Source: Escherichia coli (GTDB lineage: Bacteria; Pseudomonadota; Gammaproteobacteria; Enterobacterales; Enterobacteriaceae). From it: a stretch of DNA of 64,000 nucleotides. A program made the position numbers and the translations under genes. This document shows positions 44,140-54,461 of this stretch, in pieces; position 1 is the first letter of the stretch; every line of letters starts with the position of its first letter. The stretch is from assembly GCF_003018255.1 (NCBI RefSeq), contig NZ_CP027440.1. One strand, given 5' to 3'. The notes under the pieces were generated by a model, which did no database searches, was not told the DNA's origin, and was given only the letters and a program-made list of their open reading frames with translations.

Positions 44140-46180
44140 TCACATCCAGTCCGTGACCGGACGTGTCATCAATATCAATACTGCGAGCCTGCCACCCTTC
44201 CGGGGCAACCAGCTCCACACGGGCAGAGGCTTTTTGTACCGCCTGTCCACTGCTTTCATCATCACTGCCCCGTAATTTCTGCCAGGCTTCAGTCAGCCAT
44301 CCCCCCAGATAGTTACCGAGATAGCTGCCCACCGTAGAACCAATGGCAATCCCCACAGGTCCGGCTGCCGCCCCCAGCGCACCACCGGCAATACTGCCTG
44401 CAAGAGAGCCGACCGCTTCTCCCTTGTCTGTGGCACTGGCGCTGCCATCCAGCAGAACCGGGGCTGCCATCGCGCCAGCCCACAGGGCACCTCCACCCAG
44501 CCGGCCGGCCAGTCCACCGGCACTGCGGAAAAAGCCGGAGAAACGCCCCAGCCCCATGCGGCTACCGACAGACGAAAGTAACCCACCGGCGCGCCCCATC
44601 ATGCGCCCCCAGAACCCTGCCCCACCAGAAGAGGGAGACGGTGGCACTGGGGACGGTGGCAGGGGAGGCGTGACCGGTCTTCCGCGCCCCGGTCCGCGTT
44701 TCCTGCGGCCCCGCCCCTGACGTCCGCCTGAGGATGTATCGGTCGCGCCGGTGCCGGACAGTCCTCCTGTGGGCCAGTTTGTTACAAGTACTGGCTGAAC
44801 GGCTGCCGGATTTACCCCGGTAAGAAAGTTTATAAAACGTTGCCCTCGTCCCTGAGATGTGCCTGGTGGTGTTCCGGCCGGAGGAGAGCGCCGGAAAGGT
44901 GAAGTCAGGAAGGCCGCCGCTGATAATCCGTATCCCAGCAATGCAGCACCCGGACGTATAATCCCCGTTCCGACAGCCCGCGCCATTTTCAGGGCACGGG
45001 TGGCGAGATACATGTACAGCAGGTATTTCGCGGCAGTCTGTGCCCCCTGACCAATGCGATCCAGCGCATCACCATAGCCCGCATCCCGCAGAGCCTGAAG
45101 CGTGTCGCGTACCTTTCTGATCGCCTGATAAAACCCTGTCACTGCATCACGGGCATACTCAAAGCCCTGGTTCATGGCTGATGCCGTGCTTTCCGCCAGG
45201 GAATGGTAACTGCCATCAGATTTGGCACTGTCAACCCATGAAAGAAATCCCCTGAGATTACCCTTCAGTTTTTCAAATGGCCCACTGTCCATCACATCCC
45301 GGGCAAACTGGTCCCAGACGTCACCCATCATGGCCGTCAGGCCACTCCAGGAATTCATTGCGTCCTTTTGTGCTCCCCTGGCCTGTTCCGCCAGCGTCTG
45401 AAATAACAGGCGAATACTGTCCGGCCCAAGCAGCCCTTTTTCACCAAGTTTTCTGACCACTTTCTGGTCCACACCCAGACGATCAGCCAGCACGCGGTAG
45501 GCATTAATGCCGTAGGTGGCAAGAATATTTGCATCCGCCGCCTGAATACTGCCTCTTGCATACATCTGTTTCAGTTGCAGGGATGCCCCCTGTGCATCGG
45601 ACAGTGACCAGCCGCCCACGGCCCCCTGATCCTGAAGCATGGTGACAAAATTTCGGGCCTCCCTGTCACTCATACCAAAGCCCAGACTGGACGTATATTC
45701 CTGCATGACGCCAGCCAGCCCCCAGGTGGTTTCCTTCGCATTCTGTATTGCCCACCTGCGGACATCATCCGTTTTCGCCCGATCCCCTTTGTAAAGGGAG
45801 TTCAGGCGAATCATATAGGTTTCCATCTCCGCTGCCGGGCGAATAAATCCCCGGTTAAAGCCATATACAGCAGCACCACCGGCCAGCATTCCGTAAAGAT
45901 TGCTGATCCGCCCGATGGTGCCGGTAATACTGCCCTGAAGACGGTCAAAATCAGAAGTGACATGGCGGATACTGCCCCGCACCCCGGCCAGCGTGCGCTG
46001 CATCCTGCTTCCGAGTACATCTGTTTCCTGCCCGGCACGGCGGGCAGCATTTCCCAGGCCACCCAGCCCCGCCTGGCCGGAGCGTGAGAATGCCCCCAGC
46101 TCCTGTGACCACTGGCGGGATTTGGCTGAGATATTGCCGAGCAAATCAACTATCAGAGATGCTCTGAGATTTCGGGCCAT
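44105..46180 (-). CDS. tail tape measure protein
   Basis: 691-aa ORF with Gly/Ala-rich and Pro-rich low-complexity stretches, between chaperone and N. Confidence 0.75.
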   Translation of the reverse strand: MARNLRASLIVDLLGNISAKSRQWSQELGAFSRSGQAGLGGLGNAARRAGQETDVLGSRMQRTLAGVRGSIRHVTSDFDRLQGSITGTIGRISNLYGMLAGGAAVYGFNRGFIRPAAEMETYMIRLNSLYKGDRAKTDDVRRWAIQNAKETTWGLAGVMQEYTSSLGFGMSDREARNFVTMLQDQGAVGGWSLSDAQGASLQLKQMYARGSIQAADANILATYGINAYRVLADRLGVDQKVVRKLGEKGLLGPDSIRLLFQTLAEQARGAQKDAMNSWSGLTAMMGDVWDQFARDVMDSGPFEKLKGNLRGFLSWVDSAKSDGSYHSLAESTASAMNQGFEYARDAVTGFYQAIRKVRDTLQALRDAGYGDALDRIGQGAQTAAKYLLYMYLATRALKMARAVGTGIIRPGAALLGYGLSAAAFLTSPFRRSPPAGTPPGTSQGRGQRFINFLTGVNPAAVQPVLVTNWPTGGLSGTGATDTSSGGRQGRGRRKRGPGRGRPVTPPLPPSPVPPSPSSGGAGFWGRMMGRAGGLLSSVGSRMGLGRFSGFFRSAGGLAGRLGGGALWAGAMAAPVLLDGSASATDKGEAVGSLAGSIAGGALGAAAGPVGIAIGSTVGSYLGNYLGGWLTEAWQKLRGSDDESSGQAVQKASARVELVAPEGWQARSIDIDDTSGHGLDVNVWNGGNYGLW

Positions 46181-46306
46181 ACTTACTGCTTCGTTCTGAT
46201 GATTTTTTCTGTCTGTCGGCAGTGCCGGTAAAGTTGCGACAGGGGGAGGTTAAGCGCCCATTCCGGACCGCTTTTTGTCACCATCCCCAGGATAATTGCC
46301 GCTTCT

Positions 46307-46801
46307 TCAATCTGATCCCGACACTGCGCCTGATCGCCCCCGGTCAGCTGCCAGCTTTCCGGCAAGCGCGGTATCCAGCAGGCTGACCGCTGCCATCAGG
46401 CGGGAGAGATCGCGCTCGCTTAACTGTCCAATCTGACGGGGTGACAACGGACCTTCAATGTCTCCCACTGCGGCAATCTGACGGCGCAGCAGTGCAACAC
46501 CGCGTAACGACGGAGACGCTATCAGCATCGGGCCATTGTTTGTCTCCACCACGCGCTCGGCTTCTGCTTCTGCGTCAATACTGTCTTTCGCTGTCAGTTC
46601 CCGGAACGTGACACGATATTCACGGGTCTCACCAAACGGCAGACCATCAAGCAGATCCACATATCCCTTTGCCAGTTGCTCTGTCAGCCCGGCAGTGCGT
46701 GGATCAGCCCCCTCAAGTGCTTCCCGGATTGCCTCCATCACGGCTGCCTCGGAAACTGCCGTTTTTTTCTTACGTGTGGTCATTTTATTTTTCCTGATCA
46801 C
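46307..46801 (-). CDS. tail assembly chaperone-like protein (Mu gp41), with a 60-codon overlapping alternative frame 46183..46365
   Basis: 164-aa ORF between tube and tape measure; the overlapping ORF ends 3 nt before the tape measure start. Confidence 0.55.
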   Translation of the reverse strand: MIRKNKMTTRKKKTAVSEAAVMEAIREALEGADPRTAGLTEQLAKGYVDLLDGLPFGETREYRVTFRELTAKDSIDAEAEAERVVETNNGPMLIASPSLRGVALLRRQIAAVGDIEGPLSPRQIGQLSERDLSRLMAAVSLLDTALAGKLAADRGRSGAVSGSD

Positions 46802-47163
46802 TGAACACGGGTACTGGTGGCGCTGGCGAACTTCACGGAGATCTCCCCGCCACCGTCAAGCGAGGCCGGTTCACTGCTCCAGGCCTTCGTCATCATGTGG
46901 ACTTCGCCGGTATCCGCCACAAACTCGATAGTGACCGCAGTCCAGTTGTTGATTTCATCAGCGGCTGGTGAGCCTTCTCCGCCTGCCGGAAATTTGCAGT
47001 CCAGCGTCGCTTCACGTGGTTTCTGGCGGTAACCATAGACTTTCGCGCCTTTCACCACTTCACGTTCAAAACCTGACGGAGAAAATGTAGCCCCCTCAAG
47101 CGTCTCGTATTCCTGACCGTTCACACGGATAGTGGCCGTGCCCTGATACTGTTTTCCGCTCAT
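46798..47163 (-). CDS. tail tube protein (Mu M-like)
   Basis: 121-aa ORF directly downstream of sheath. Confidence 0.7.
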   Translation of the reverse strand: MSGKQYQGTATIRVNGQEYETLEGATFSPSGFEREVVKGAKVYGYRQKPREATLDCKFPAGGEGSPAADEINNWTAVTIEFVADTGEVHMMTKAWSSEPASLDGGGEISVKFASATSTRVQ

Positions 47164-47171
47164 GCCTTACC

Positions 47172-48674
47172 TCACAAAATGAAACGGATCTGTGCTGCCA
47201 GGAAGCGGAACTGGTTAACCAGATCCGGCGTGCATAACACGTCAAGACGGTTTCGATCTGACGCATTACGCTCCACAAGCAGATTCTTTTTAAAGGTGTC
47301 CAGATTTTCGACCAGCCCGAGTTCCACCCACTCTTCACCCAGCGAAATTAACTGAAGCTTCATGATCTCCGGCGTCACGATATTCTGACCGGCACGAACG
47401 GGCGTCCCGTCATCAGCCAGTTTATGGCGCGGAAAACGTTGTGTGATAAAAGTACGCAGGGAATAACGCAGCCAGGAGAGGGTGTAGATGGTTTCCACAT
47501 CCAGATAGCTGGGATCACTTTCGCCGTACACGTTCTGGCGATACATGGTCACCTGACGTTCGATCTGAACCACATCACCGGCAGCCACACTGACCGTGGC
47601 AATCCCTCCCCACAGCAGACTGTTACGCTCTTCACGCGTCAGACGATCGGCCGGAGCCGGGGCCATGCGTGACGGAAGCGCCAGCGTCTGAAGCGGACGC
47701 GCAGGATCTGCTCCCAGAGAGGGTGCACAGGTGGCACAGACCGCCGCTGCCCAGAGGTAATCCGGTTCAGGGGCTTTGGGAATGGATGTGCAGGTCGCCA
47801 GAAAATCATTGCGTTTTGCCCCGAATGCCTGCACCTCACCAAACGTGCCGGTATGTGCCAGCCACAGCACGCCGTCAGACATTTTGGCCGGTCCCCAGCG
47901 TTTCAGAAGCTCATCACTGATGATTTTCAGGTTTGCATCATCCTTATAGGGCATGACGACATAGTTGTACTGGCGATCGCCCATCCCCGCCACGCTTCGG
48001 GTGATATCCGGGTTAGCCGCTTTTTGTTTCGGATAGGCTATAGCGACCTGTATTCCTTCCGGGGTTGCTTCCCCGTCGTGATAGTTCAGGCGCACATCAT
48101 GAACGGAGCATTCACCGGTAAAGCGGGCGGTGATCCCCAGAGACCCTTTCAGACCTGCGCCATTATCACCACTTCCTGCACCAGAGGAGGCCGTGAAGGG
48201 CGCGTCAGGATCGGCATTGATCAGCGCGGCCAGCTCGTCGGTCAGTTCTTTGCCTTTCTTACCTTTTGGTGCCGGGAGTGTATAACGCCGCCCCCCCACG
48301 CAGGCATAAACAATCCCGTCACGGGTGACCGTTCCGGTCAGATTCATGGCCGCAGCCGTTGCCTGTCCGGTGCCGTTCCCCTGAGCAATGGCATACAGTT
48401 CAGCATCAGGATTGATGGCGATAAATTCCGCCACCATCAGGGCAATCATGGAACCGCGCCCCCAGAGTTCTGTTGCCTGAGACGCACGGGTGATCCTGAC
48501 CGGAACATCCAGAACACCGGCACCGTCCACGGCATTCTCTTTCATTCTCGCCTGACCAAACAGCAGCACACACTGACGCTGTGCCGGAGTGCCGGTGACA
48601 GCCATGGAGTTATTAAACTCAACCTCAATCAGCGGTATACGGCGGTCATTACCGATCCCGTCAAAATTAATCAT
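47172..48674 (-). CDS. contractile tail sheath protein (Mu L-like)
   Basis: 500-aa ORF, Mu order. Confidence 0.75.
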   Translation of the reverse strand: MINFDGIGNDRRIPLIEVEFNNSMAVTGTPAQRQCVLLFGQARMKENAVDGAGVLDVPVRITRASQATELWGRGSMIALMVAEFIAINPDAELYAIAQGNGTGQATAAAMNLTGTVTRDGIVYACVGGRRYTLPAPKGKKGKELTDELAALINADPDAPFTASSGAGSGDNGAGLKGSLGITARFTGECSVHDVRLNYHDGEATPEGIQVAIAYPKQKAANPDITRSVAGMGDRQYNYVVMPYKDDANLKIISDELLKRWGPAKMSDGVLWLAHTGTFGEVQAFGAKRNDFLATCTSIPKAPEPDYLWAAAVCATCAPSLGADPARPLQTLALPSRMAPAPADRLTREERNSLLWGGIATVSVAAGDVVQIERQVTMYRQNVYGESDPSYLDVETIYTLSWLRYSLRTFITQRFPRHKLADDGTPVRAGQNIVTPEIMKLQLISLGEEWVELGLVENLDTFKKNLLVERNASDRNRLDVLCTPDLVNQFRFLAAQIRFIL

Positions 48675-48916
48675 TGCGGTTTCTCCTTATCGGATGCCGG
48701 TTGGGCGACCGGTTTTTCTGTCGCAGTCGTTGCATCCGCAGATACAGCCGGAGCCTCTTCAGCGGCTTTTTCAGCCTGAATGACATCGCCGTCATCAAGA
48801 CGCCGACACCAGAACGGCGTAAAGGGCTTTTCCTCCCCCTCCTGTGCCAGCGGGCGCATTGTGTCGGGATCACGAATCAGGCGTCCCGGCGCGGGTTTGA
48901 TAAAGATGGTTTTCAT
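48671..48916 (-). CDS. hypothetical protein (Mu gp38-like)
   Basis: 81-aa ORF, Mu order. Confidence 0.45.
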   Translation of the reverse strand: MKTIFIKPAPGRLIRDPDTMRPLAQEGEEKPFTPFWCRRLDDGDVIQAEKAAEEAPAVSADATTATEKPVAQPASDKEKPQ

Positions 48917-49477
48917 TTACAGTTCCTCCGGCGGTTCGACCGCCGTTGTCGTGTTCCCCGGCAAATCAATATGTGCCTCAAACGGCGGCGTACCGGGCGG
49001 CTCCACAAAGGTTTCGTAATGACGCAGGAAGTCGTCCAGCGAGCTGGTATCGGTCAGCGGTGCGATCATTTCCTCGCAGGAGAAATAAAGCGCATACATC
49101 ACCGCACCACTGTCCGCCTGGGTTTCGGTGTAACCGTTGACCGCCTTTTCAAAGTAAAGCGGTGAGGTTTTTTCTGTTCTGAAGCCGTTAAGCACGGCAA
49201 TCAGCCGGGCCACAATCTGATACAGTCCGGGACGGCTGGCCTCACGCCCGTTGAGCATGTCGCCGATGACGTAGAACACCCAGTGACTGACCAGGCGACC
49301 ACGGGTACGGCCTTCACCGGCACCCAGCCAGGCAACGTAGATCGCCGGGGCGTTAATCAGCATGGTGCGCAGTACGCTGTCGCTCCAGTCGCCGGGATGC
49401 GTGTCAACAGACACCAGTTCATTCCCGAAATACTCACGGATACGGGCGATGTATGCCTGTTCGGTTTCCGTAATCAT
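48917..49477 (-). CDS. virion protein (Mu gp37-like)
   Basis: 186-aa ORF, Mu order. Confidence 0.5.
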   Translation of the reverse strand: MITETEQAYIARIREYFGNELVSVDTHPGDWSDSVLRTMLINAPAIYVAWLGAGEGRTRGRLVSHWVFYVIGDMLNGREASRPGLYQIVARLIAVLNGFRTEKTSPLYFEKAVNGYTETQADSGAVMYALYFSCEEMIAPLTDTSSLDDFLRHYETFVEPPGTPPFEAHIDLPGNTTTAVEPPEEL

Positions 49478-49893
49478 ATGAAGCCCTTCTGGTTGCGCCC
49501 GAATACCGCTGCATCAGACTGAACCTGTGGTAAATCCCCGGATTCAGGGGCCGCACCGTTCGTATCCACACCGACCGGCACATTGCCGTTCATGACATCT
49601 TTCAGCCAGGCCAGCGCTTCACGGTAACGGTCACGCGCCTGATCGGAGGCTCGCTGATCGCACAGGTAATAAAAGGCAATCGCGCAACAGTGCTGAACAA
49701 GAACGGCCGGAATAACCTCCAGCGGCAACGTGTAACGGGCGGACAGATAGCTGTCGATAAGGGCTGACGCATCTGTCAGCGCCCGGTTCAGCTTGCGCGT
49801 GTCCGGCTCATCCGAACGGGGCACAGCCAGTAACGGCCTGAGCAAATCCTCGCGGTAACGCGCCCGCATATCGGTTTCAGTGGCGTAATTCAT
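49474..49893 (-). CDS. virion protein (Mu gp36-like)
   Basis: 139-aa ORF, Mu order. Confidence 0.5.
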   Translation of the reverse strand: MNYATETDMRARYREDLLRPLLAVPRSDEPDTRKLNRALTDASALIDSYLSARYTLPLEVIPAVLVQHCCAIAFYYLCDQRASDQARDRYREALAWLKDVMNGNVPVGVDTNGAAPESGDLPQVQSDAAVFGRNQKGFI

Positions 49894-50243
49894 GCGCGGG
49901 CCTTTTTCGCCTGTTTCGCTTTGTTACCGGTCTTTTTCCGGGGAGTATCCTGTCCGGCTTCGGCTAAATCTGTACCGGCCACTGCATGAACCACACCCGC
50001 CACGCTCCCCGCATCATCAGCAGGCGTCTGTAGTATTCGCACAGTGAGGCATGGCTCCGCCTCCAGTCGGGCAAGCTGCTCCGGGGAGACCTCAACCTGC
50101 TGACGTCCACGCGTGAACAGGAACCCCGCACGACGAAACGCCGAACGACTGCAACGCACTTCTGCCAGCACTGTGACAGAATTGTCACCACTGACCTGAA
50201 GACCTGAATCATCTGTTGCTGCCACAGTGTGATGTTCATTCAT
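49890..50243 (-). CDS. hypothetical protein downstream of major head gene (Mu gp35-like)
   Basis: 117-aa ORF. Confidence 0.4.
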   Translation of the reverse strand: MNEHHTVAATDDSGLQVSGDNSVTVLAEVRCSRSAFRRAGFLFTRGRQQVEVSPEQLARLEAEPCLTVRILQTPADDAGSVAGVVHAVAGTDLAEAGQDTPRKKTGNKAKQAKKARA

Positions 50244-50286
50244 ATTTGCCCTCCGCAGGGGCCGGGCCGTAAGCCCGGCTCACCGT

Positions 50287-51234
50287 TTACAGATAATCCG
50301 CGACAACCAGCTCCAGCTTGCCCTTCATCTCGTTAGAGACGGTTGCGTTTCCGTCTGCGAACAGTTCACGCTCCAGCAGCTGCACCGCCTGTTTTTCCAG
50401 CGAGGTGGGGACAACAATATGGGTGGGTTTGATGCCGAGTTTGCGGCCACCGTCAGCGGTAAATTCGCGCATGGCTGACCAGCCGTGCCACAGTGCATCC
50501 AGCGTCAGCGGTGACTGCATCATGTAGGCCATCTGCCAGAAGCCGTAGCCCACATTGCGACGGGCGGATGCACCAAACACAAATTCGTTATCGGTGAATG
50601 CGCGACCTTCATCGACTTTGGTCTGGGCAACCAGTTCAGCCTTACGGCGATCCTGATAAATCAGCGGTTTGATTGCGCGTGAACAGTCGAGCAGATACCA
50701 GGCAGGACCGCTGTAATCCGCTTGTGCACCGACAGAGCCGGTTTTTGCCACAAACATATTGCTGACCATCTGCGCATCCCCGGAGCCATCCACTTTGGGG
50801 TAAACAGGATGTTCGGTATCAAAGAAGTTCTGGCCGTCATAGCAGGCCGCATTAATCCCGTCACGAAGAGCAGCAAAGACCAGTTCATCCGGTTGTGCCG
50901 CAGCAGCGCGCCCCATCTCCTGGAACAACGGGGAATAAATACCGAGGTTATCGTCTTCGAAGTCATCGCGGTTAATGGCGACGGTGCCTTCAAAGGTTTT
51001 GTTCACGATGGCATAGCCATAGGCCTTCATCTTCTCGATGACGCGGGAGCCGATCCACTCACGGAACTGCGGGAACTGCCCCAGCCAGCCGTAGGTGTTG
51101 GATTTCGACGTGGACGGTACGGTCATCGCAATTTTTTTGTACTGCGACGGGGCCATGGACATCCCGGCCTGAAAATCAGAACGGTAGCCCGTCATCAGGG
51201 CGGTGATCATCGCCGGTGTAATCGGGGTAGGCAT
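50287..51234 (-). CDS. major head subunit (Mu T-like)
   Basis: 315-aa ORF directly downstream of protease/scaffold gene. Confidence 0.75.
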   Translation of the reverse strand: MPTPITPAMITALMTGYRSDFQAGMSMAPSQYKKIAMTVPSTSKSNTYGWLGQFPQFREWIGSRVIEKMKAYGYAIVNKTFEGTVAINRDDFEDDNLGIYSPLFQEMGRAAAAQPDELVFAALRDGINAACYDGQNFFDTEHPVYPKVDGSGDAQMVSNMFVAKTGSVGAQADYSGPAWYLLDCSRAIKPLIYQDRRKAELVAQTKVDEGRAFTDNEFVFGASARRNVGYGFWQMAYMMQSPLTLDALWHGWSAMREFTADGGRKLGIKPTHIVVPTSLEKQAVQLLERELFADGNATVSNEMKGKLELVVADYL

Positions 51235-52358
51235 TATTGCATTTCCTCTTTCATTTTCAGGAACTCGGCTTCGGTTTTACCCAGCAGTTTGGCGGCCGCG
51301 ATATCTTCAGCCGACAGCACAGCGGTGGCAGTCTTTTTATCCGGCACGGTCACGGTGTCGGTCTGAAGGCCGGTCAGGGCCGCAACCGGCTGGCGGGCGT
51401 CAAGCTGTGCAGAAAGTGCCGCAACGCCAATCTGCCCGCCCAGTTGTTCCAGATAGCCGCGTTCGCTTTTGAAGATGCGCCCTTCGGATTCAGCCTTGTC
51501 CAGCACCTGCTCCAGCGTGGTGCTGCCGTGCTGCGCCGACAGCGCAACGTATTCGGTACGCAGGGCGTTATACGTTTCAACGGGCACGTATTTCGTCAGA
51601 TCAATACTGCCGCCAGCCGGTGTGCCTTTTGCGGTTTCCAGCTCTGCCGACAGACTGGCGACCTGTGTTTTCAGGTTGTCGTGTGCATCCGCACGGGTTT
51701 TGATCCCGGTGAGGGCAGACAGCGCCGCCGTGCCCAGCTCCGGCGTAAATTCGTCACCGTCAGCCACGGTCAGACCGAGCGCCGTCAGCAACTGGCGTAA
51801 TTGCTCATTCATGGAGGTATCCTTTAAAGGAGGGTTTAAGGCGTTATAAAGGTCATCCGCCGACAGTGCGGCGACAGGATTCATGCCGGTCAGACCGGGG
51901 TCACCGGTAATAGCCAGCATCCGAAGTTCGACAGGTTCGCCGGTGCTCTCGTCATAGCCAATCACCGGTGAAAACCAGGGGAATTCGTTATTACGCAGAT
52001 GTTCAAGGGCCGGAGGGTTCCACTTCGGGCGCACCTCGAAACCTCGCTCTTCACTGAAGCGAAAATTCTCCGGTGAGGCCATCACAAAACCGGCAGCCGG
52101 TGCCGGATGTCCCTCAATCAGGGTCTGGTGGTTGTAGTCAATTTTCACCGGCTGATTGAGCGCCACAACACGGGAGACCATGCGCTCAACGGCTGCATGG
52201 TTGATCAGCCAGCCCTCGGCCGGTTTTTCCGGGCGACCGTCACGGGCCTTTACCCGACCGGCTGGCATGATCTGACACCAGTCACCGTCCCCGTCTGCGG
52301 ACAGGCTGATGGCATTCAGAATGGCATAAGCAAGTTTGGGCGTGTTTTTCGTCTTCAT
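51234..52358 (-). CDS. head maturation protease with nested scaffold (Mu I/Z-like)
   Basis: 374-aa ORF, Ala-rich coiled C-terminal half. Confidence 0.7.
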   Translation of the reverse strand: MKTKNTPKLAYAILNAISLSADGDGDWCQIMPAGRVKARDGRPEKPAEGWLINHAAVERMVSRVVALNQPVKIDYNHQTLIEGHPAPAAGFVMASPENFRFSEERGFEVRPKWNPPALEHLRNNEFPWFSPVIGYDESTGEPVELRMLAITGDPGLTGMNPVAALSADDLYNALNPPLKDTSMNEQLRQLLTALGLTVADGDEFTPELGTAALSALTGIKTRADAHDNLKTQVASLSAELETAKGTPAGGSIDLTKYVPVETYNALRTEYVALSAQHGSTTLEQVLDKAESEGRIFKSERGYLEQLGGQIGVAALSAQLDARQPVAALTGLQTDTVTVPDKKTATAVLSAEDIAAAKLLGKTEAEFLKMKEEMQ

Positions 52359-52534
52359 TCCGGCAGCATAGGCCGGGAATTTTCAGGGCGGGTTTTGCGG
52401 GATTTCAGGAAGTGCTTCCAGGGGAAAAATACAAAGGCGCTTCACGCAGATTTTAAAGCCCGTTAAATACAGGTTAGAAAATCACGACACGCGCCTGAAG
52501 GGGGTAAGGTAATGCATTTGCATACCTTAAACAA
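52359..52534 (-). promoter_or_regulatory. 176-bp non-coding gap upstream of the protease gene with imperfect palindrome aggtaatgcatttgcatacctt; candidate activator-dependent late promoter
   Basis: The only sizeable gap inside the otherwise tightly packed head operon. Confidence 0.3.
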
Positions 52535-53008
52535 TTAAGGCGTTTCTGTGGCCTTTTTAAAGCGTTTTCTGATTTCGTCCATGATCTCCTGCTCTGCCAC
52601 CTGATCAAAGCCCATATACGGACGTGCACCAATGGCCGCCGGTCCCGGCGGCATACCTGGCAGGCCACCCCACTGATGAATGGCCGCATAAGGCTCATTT
52701 GATCCAATCAGCGCCCAGGTGTCGCCATAATCCGTGGTCAGGCGTCGGGCCAGATCGCCGTTCAGCGTCAGGATTTTGCCGGGCATGTATCCCTTACGGG
52801 TACGCCACTTGCGGTAAGGATCTGACCAGTCATGCCAGCGTTCGCCGTCCGGCTCTTTTTCCTGTTCAAACGCCATTTCTGACGATGACAGAAGGCTGGA
52901 CGCCACACTGCGGGCCAGGTCTTTTCCGCCACCCACAAACTGAAGCCGGGCAAAGACCCGCTGGAGACGCGTAACGTCAACAACGACGGCGGCATCAATG
53001 GATGACAT
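52535..53008 (-). CDS. virion morphogenesis protein (Mu G-like)
   Basis: 157-aa ORF between F-like and I-like genes. Confidence 0.6.
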   Translation of the reverse strand: MSSIDAAVVVDVTRLQRVFARLQFVGGGKDLARSVASSLLSSSEMAFEQEKEPDGERWHDWSDPYRKWRTRKGYMPGKILTLNGDLARRLTTDYGDTWALIGSNEPYAAIHQWGGLPGMPPGPAAIGARPYMGFDQVAEQEIMDEIRKRFKKATETP

Positions 53009-53129
53009 ATTGCCTCCGTATAAAATATGAATATAAAATAAGCAGGCGGTCAGTGTACGCTTAACTGGTAAAGTCGGTGCCTGCCTCCGGGTGGATCATG
53101 TATGCGGGTTCGACCCCCGCCACTGACCG

Positions 53130-54461
53130 TTAATCAATATCTCCTTCCAGTACCTCAAGCATTCCGCCCCGGATATCCGATTTCAGCTTATCCATATTGA
53201 TAACCCGGTAAGCATTAACAATCACATCCAGTTTATCCGGCTGACGCTTCAGGCTGTACGGTGCATTAACGGCAATCTGCACACTGCCATCCTGATTTTC
53301 CACGATATACATCAGATTGTTGTGCCGTTTGTCCCACAGTACCGCTTTTGGCCTTGCCAGCATTGCCGGTAAGCGCCCGAAATCCTCCGGTGTCAGGGCG
53401 ATACCGTCATTCTGATGTTTCATGCTGTCCGCATGGAGCACATTTTTACCGCTCATCGCCAGCAGGCGGGCCGGTGGCGTTCCCGTCCGGCTTTCCACCG
53501 CCTGCGCAATGCTTTCGGTCATAAAGCCCAGCGTGCGGATATCGTTACCGCCTCGCCGGGTTTTCATGATGTTTTTTGCCCAGATGCGGAACGCCAGCTG
53601 CCGCTCCGGGCTGTTGTTCATCTCCTGAACCACCATTTCCCGTAACGCCGGGCTTTTCACCTCGATCAACTTGCGGAGCAGCGCCTGGTCTGTGCCGAAC
53701 GCCGCCGAACCGGGGTTATATGACCAGCCCACATCCGGTGTCATGGTTCTGGTGCCATCTGAATATGTGGTCACCGGCATTTCTCTGACTTCTCCGGTCT
53801 GCTTATCCACGCCAGCCTCAACATTGCGGGTGGAAAGATGATCCTGACCGGATGAAACGGATAACCCCATTGCATCCAGACGGGTCTGAGACAATGGCCG
53901 GACACGGCAGCGGCAGTTCCAGCCATTGGGTGGGTAGTGTGTATTCCAGAACGGATCGTCATAGCGGAATACCAGACCGTTAAGGGCGGAATGCGCCGGG
54001 CGGGTGCGGCTGTCCATCACCGCCACATACTGCCAGAACGGATGCGTGTCCGTGTTGTTCATCATCTGCGTGTAACGCCCGGCATTGTAAGCCACGCGGG
54101 TGTTCACGTTGTAAATCAGCGCCAGACGGCGGGGACAGCCCAGCTGCACTTCTTCTGCGTTACCGGCGCTGTCCACCACAATCTGCTTTCCCCACCATCC
54201 CAGCTTTTGCAGGCGGGGGGTCAGTGTGCGGATAAATGCTTTCTGTGAAATCCCCTCATCAATGGCCCGTTGCACTTCCGCCTGTAGTGTGGTCAGTACG
54301 TCCAGGCGTGCCACTTTTGCCGCCGTGAACGAACGGGCATGAACATCCGCGTCTGTTTCGAACCAGTTCCAGCTGATATGCGCCCCTTTGGCGCGGAAGT
54401 ATGCCACCGCCTCTTTTGAGGGAAGCGTGGCGGCATAACCTAAATCAATCCCCTGTGCCAT
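53130..54461 (-). CDS. head morphogenesis protein (Mu F-like)
   Basis: 443-aa ORF downstream of portal. Confidence 0.65.
   Translation of the reverse strand: MAQGIDLGYAATLPSKEAVAYFRAKGAHISWNWFETDADVHARSFTAAKVARLDVLTTLQAEVQRAIDEGISQKAFIRTLTPRLQKLGWWGKQIVVDSAGNAEEVQLGCPRRLALIYNVNTRVAYNAGRYTQMMNNTDTHPFWQYVAVMDSRTRPAHSALNGLVFRYDDPFWNTHYPPNGWNCRCRVRPLSQTRLDAMGLSVSSGQDHLSTRNVEAGVDKQTGEVREMPVTTYSDGTRTMTPDVGWSYNPGSAAFGTDQALLRKLIEVKSPALREMVVQEMNNSPERQLAFRIWAKNIMKTRRGGNDIRTLGFMTESIAQAVESRTGTPPARLLAMSGKNVLHADSMKHQNDGIALTPEDFGRLPAMLARPKAVLWDKRHNNLMYIVENQDGSVQIAVNAPYSLKRQPDKLDVIVNAYRVINMDKLKSDIRGGMLEVLEGDID

Noticed and set aside
47853-48779. 308-aa plus-strand ORF
   Set aside because: Antisense to the tail sheath gene; all credible phage genes here are on the minus strand.
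53049-53128. tRNA-like fold in the F-G intergenic gap: perfect 7-bp acceptor-like stem (GTCAGTG/CACTGAC) and a T-arm-like hairpin GCGGG-TTCGACC-CCCGC
   Set aside because: No anticodon stem can be formed from the intervening 29 nt, the D-stem is mismatched, there is no CCA, and it lies antisense inside a late operon; probably a structured intergenic element, not a tRNA.
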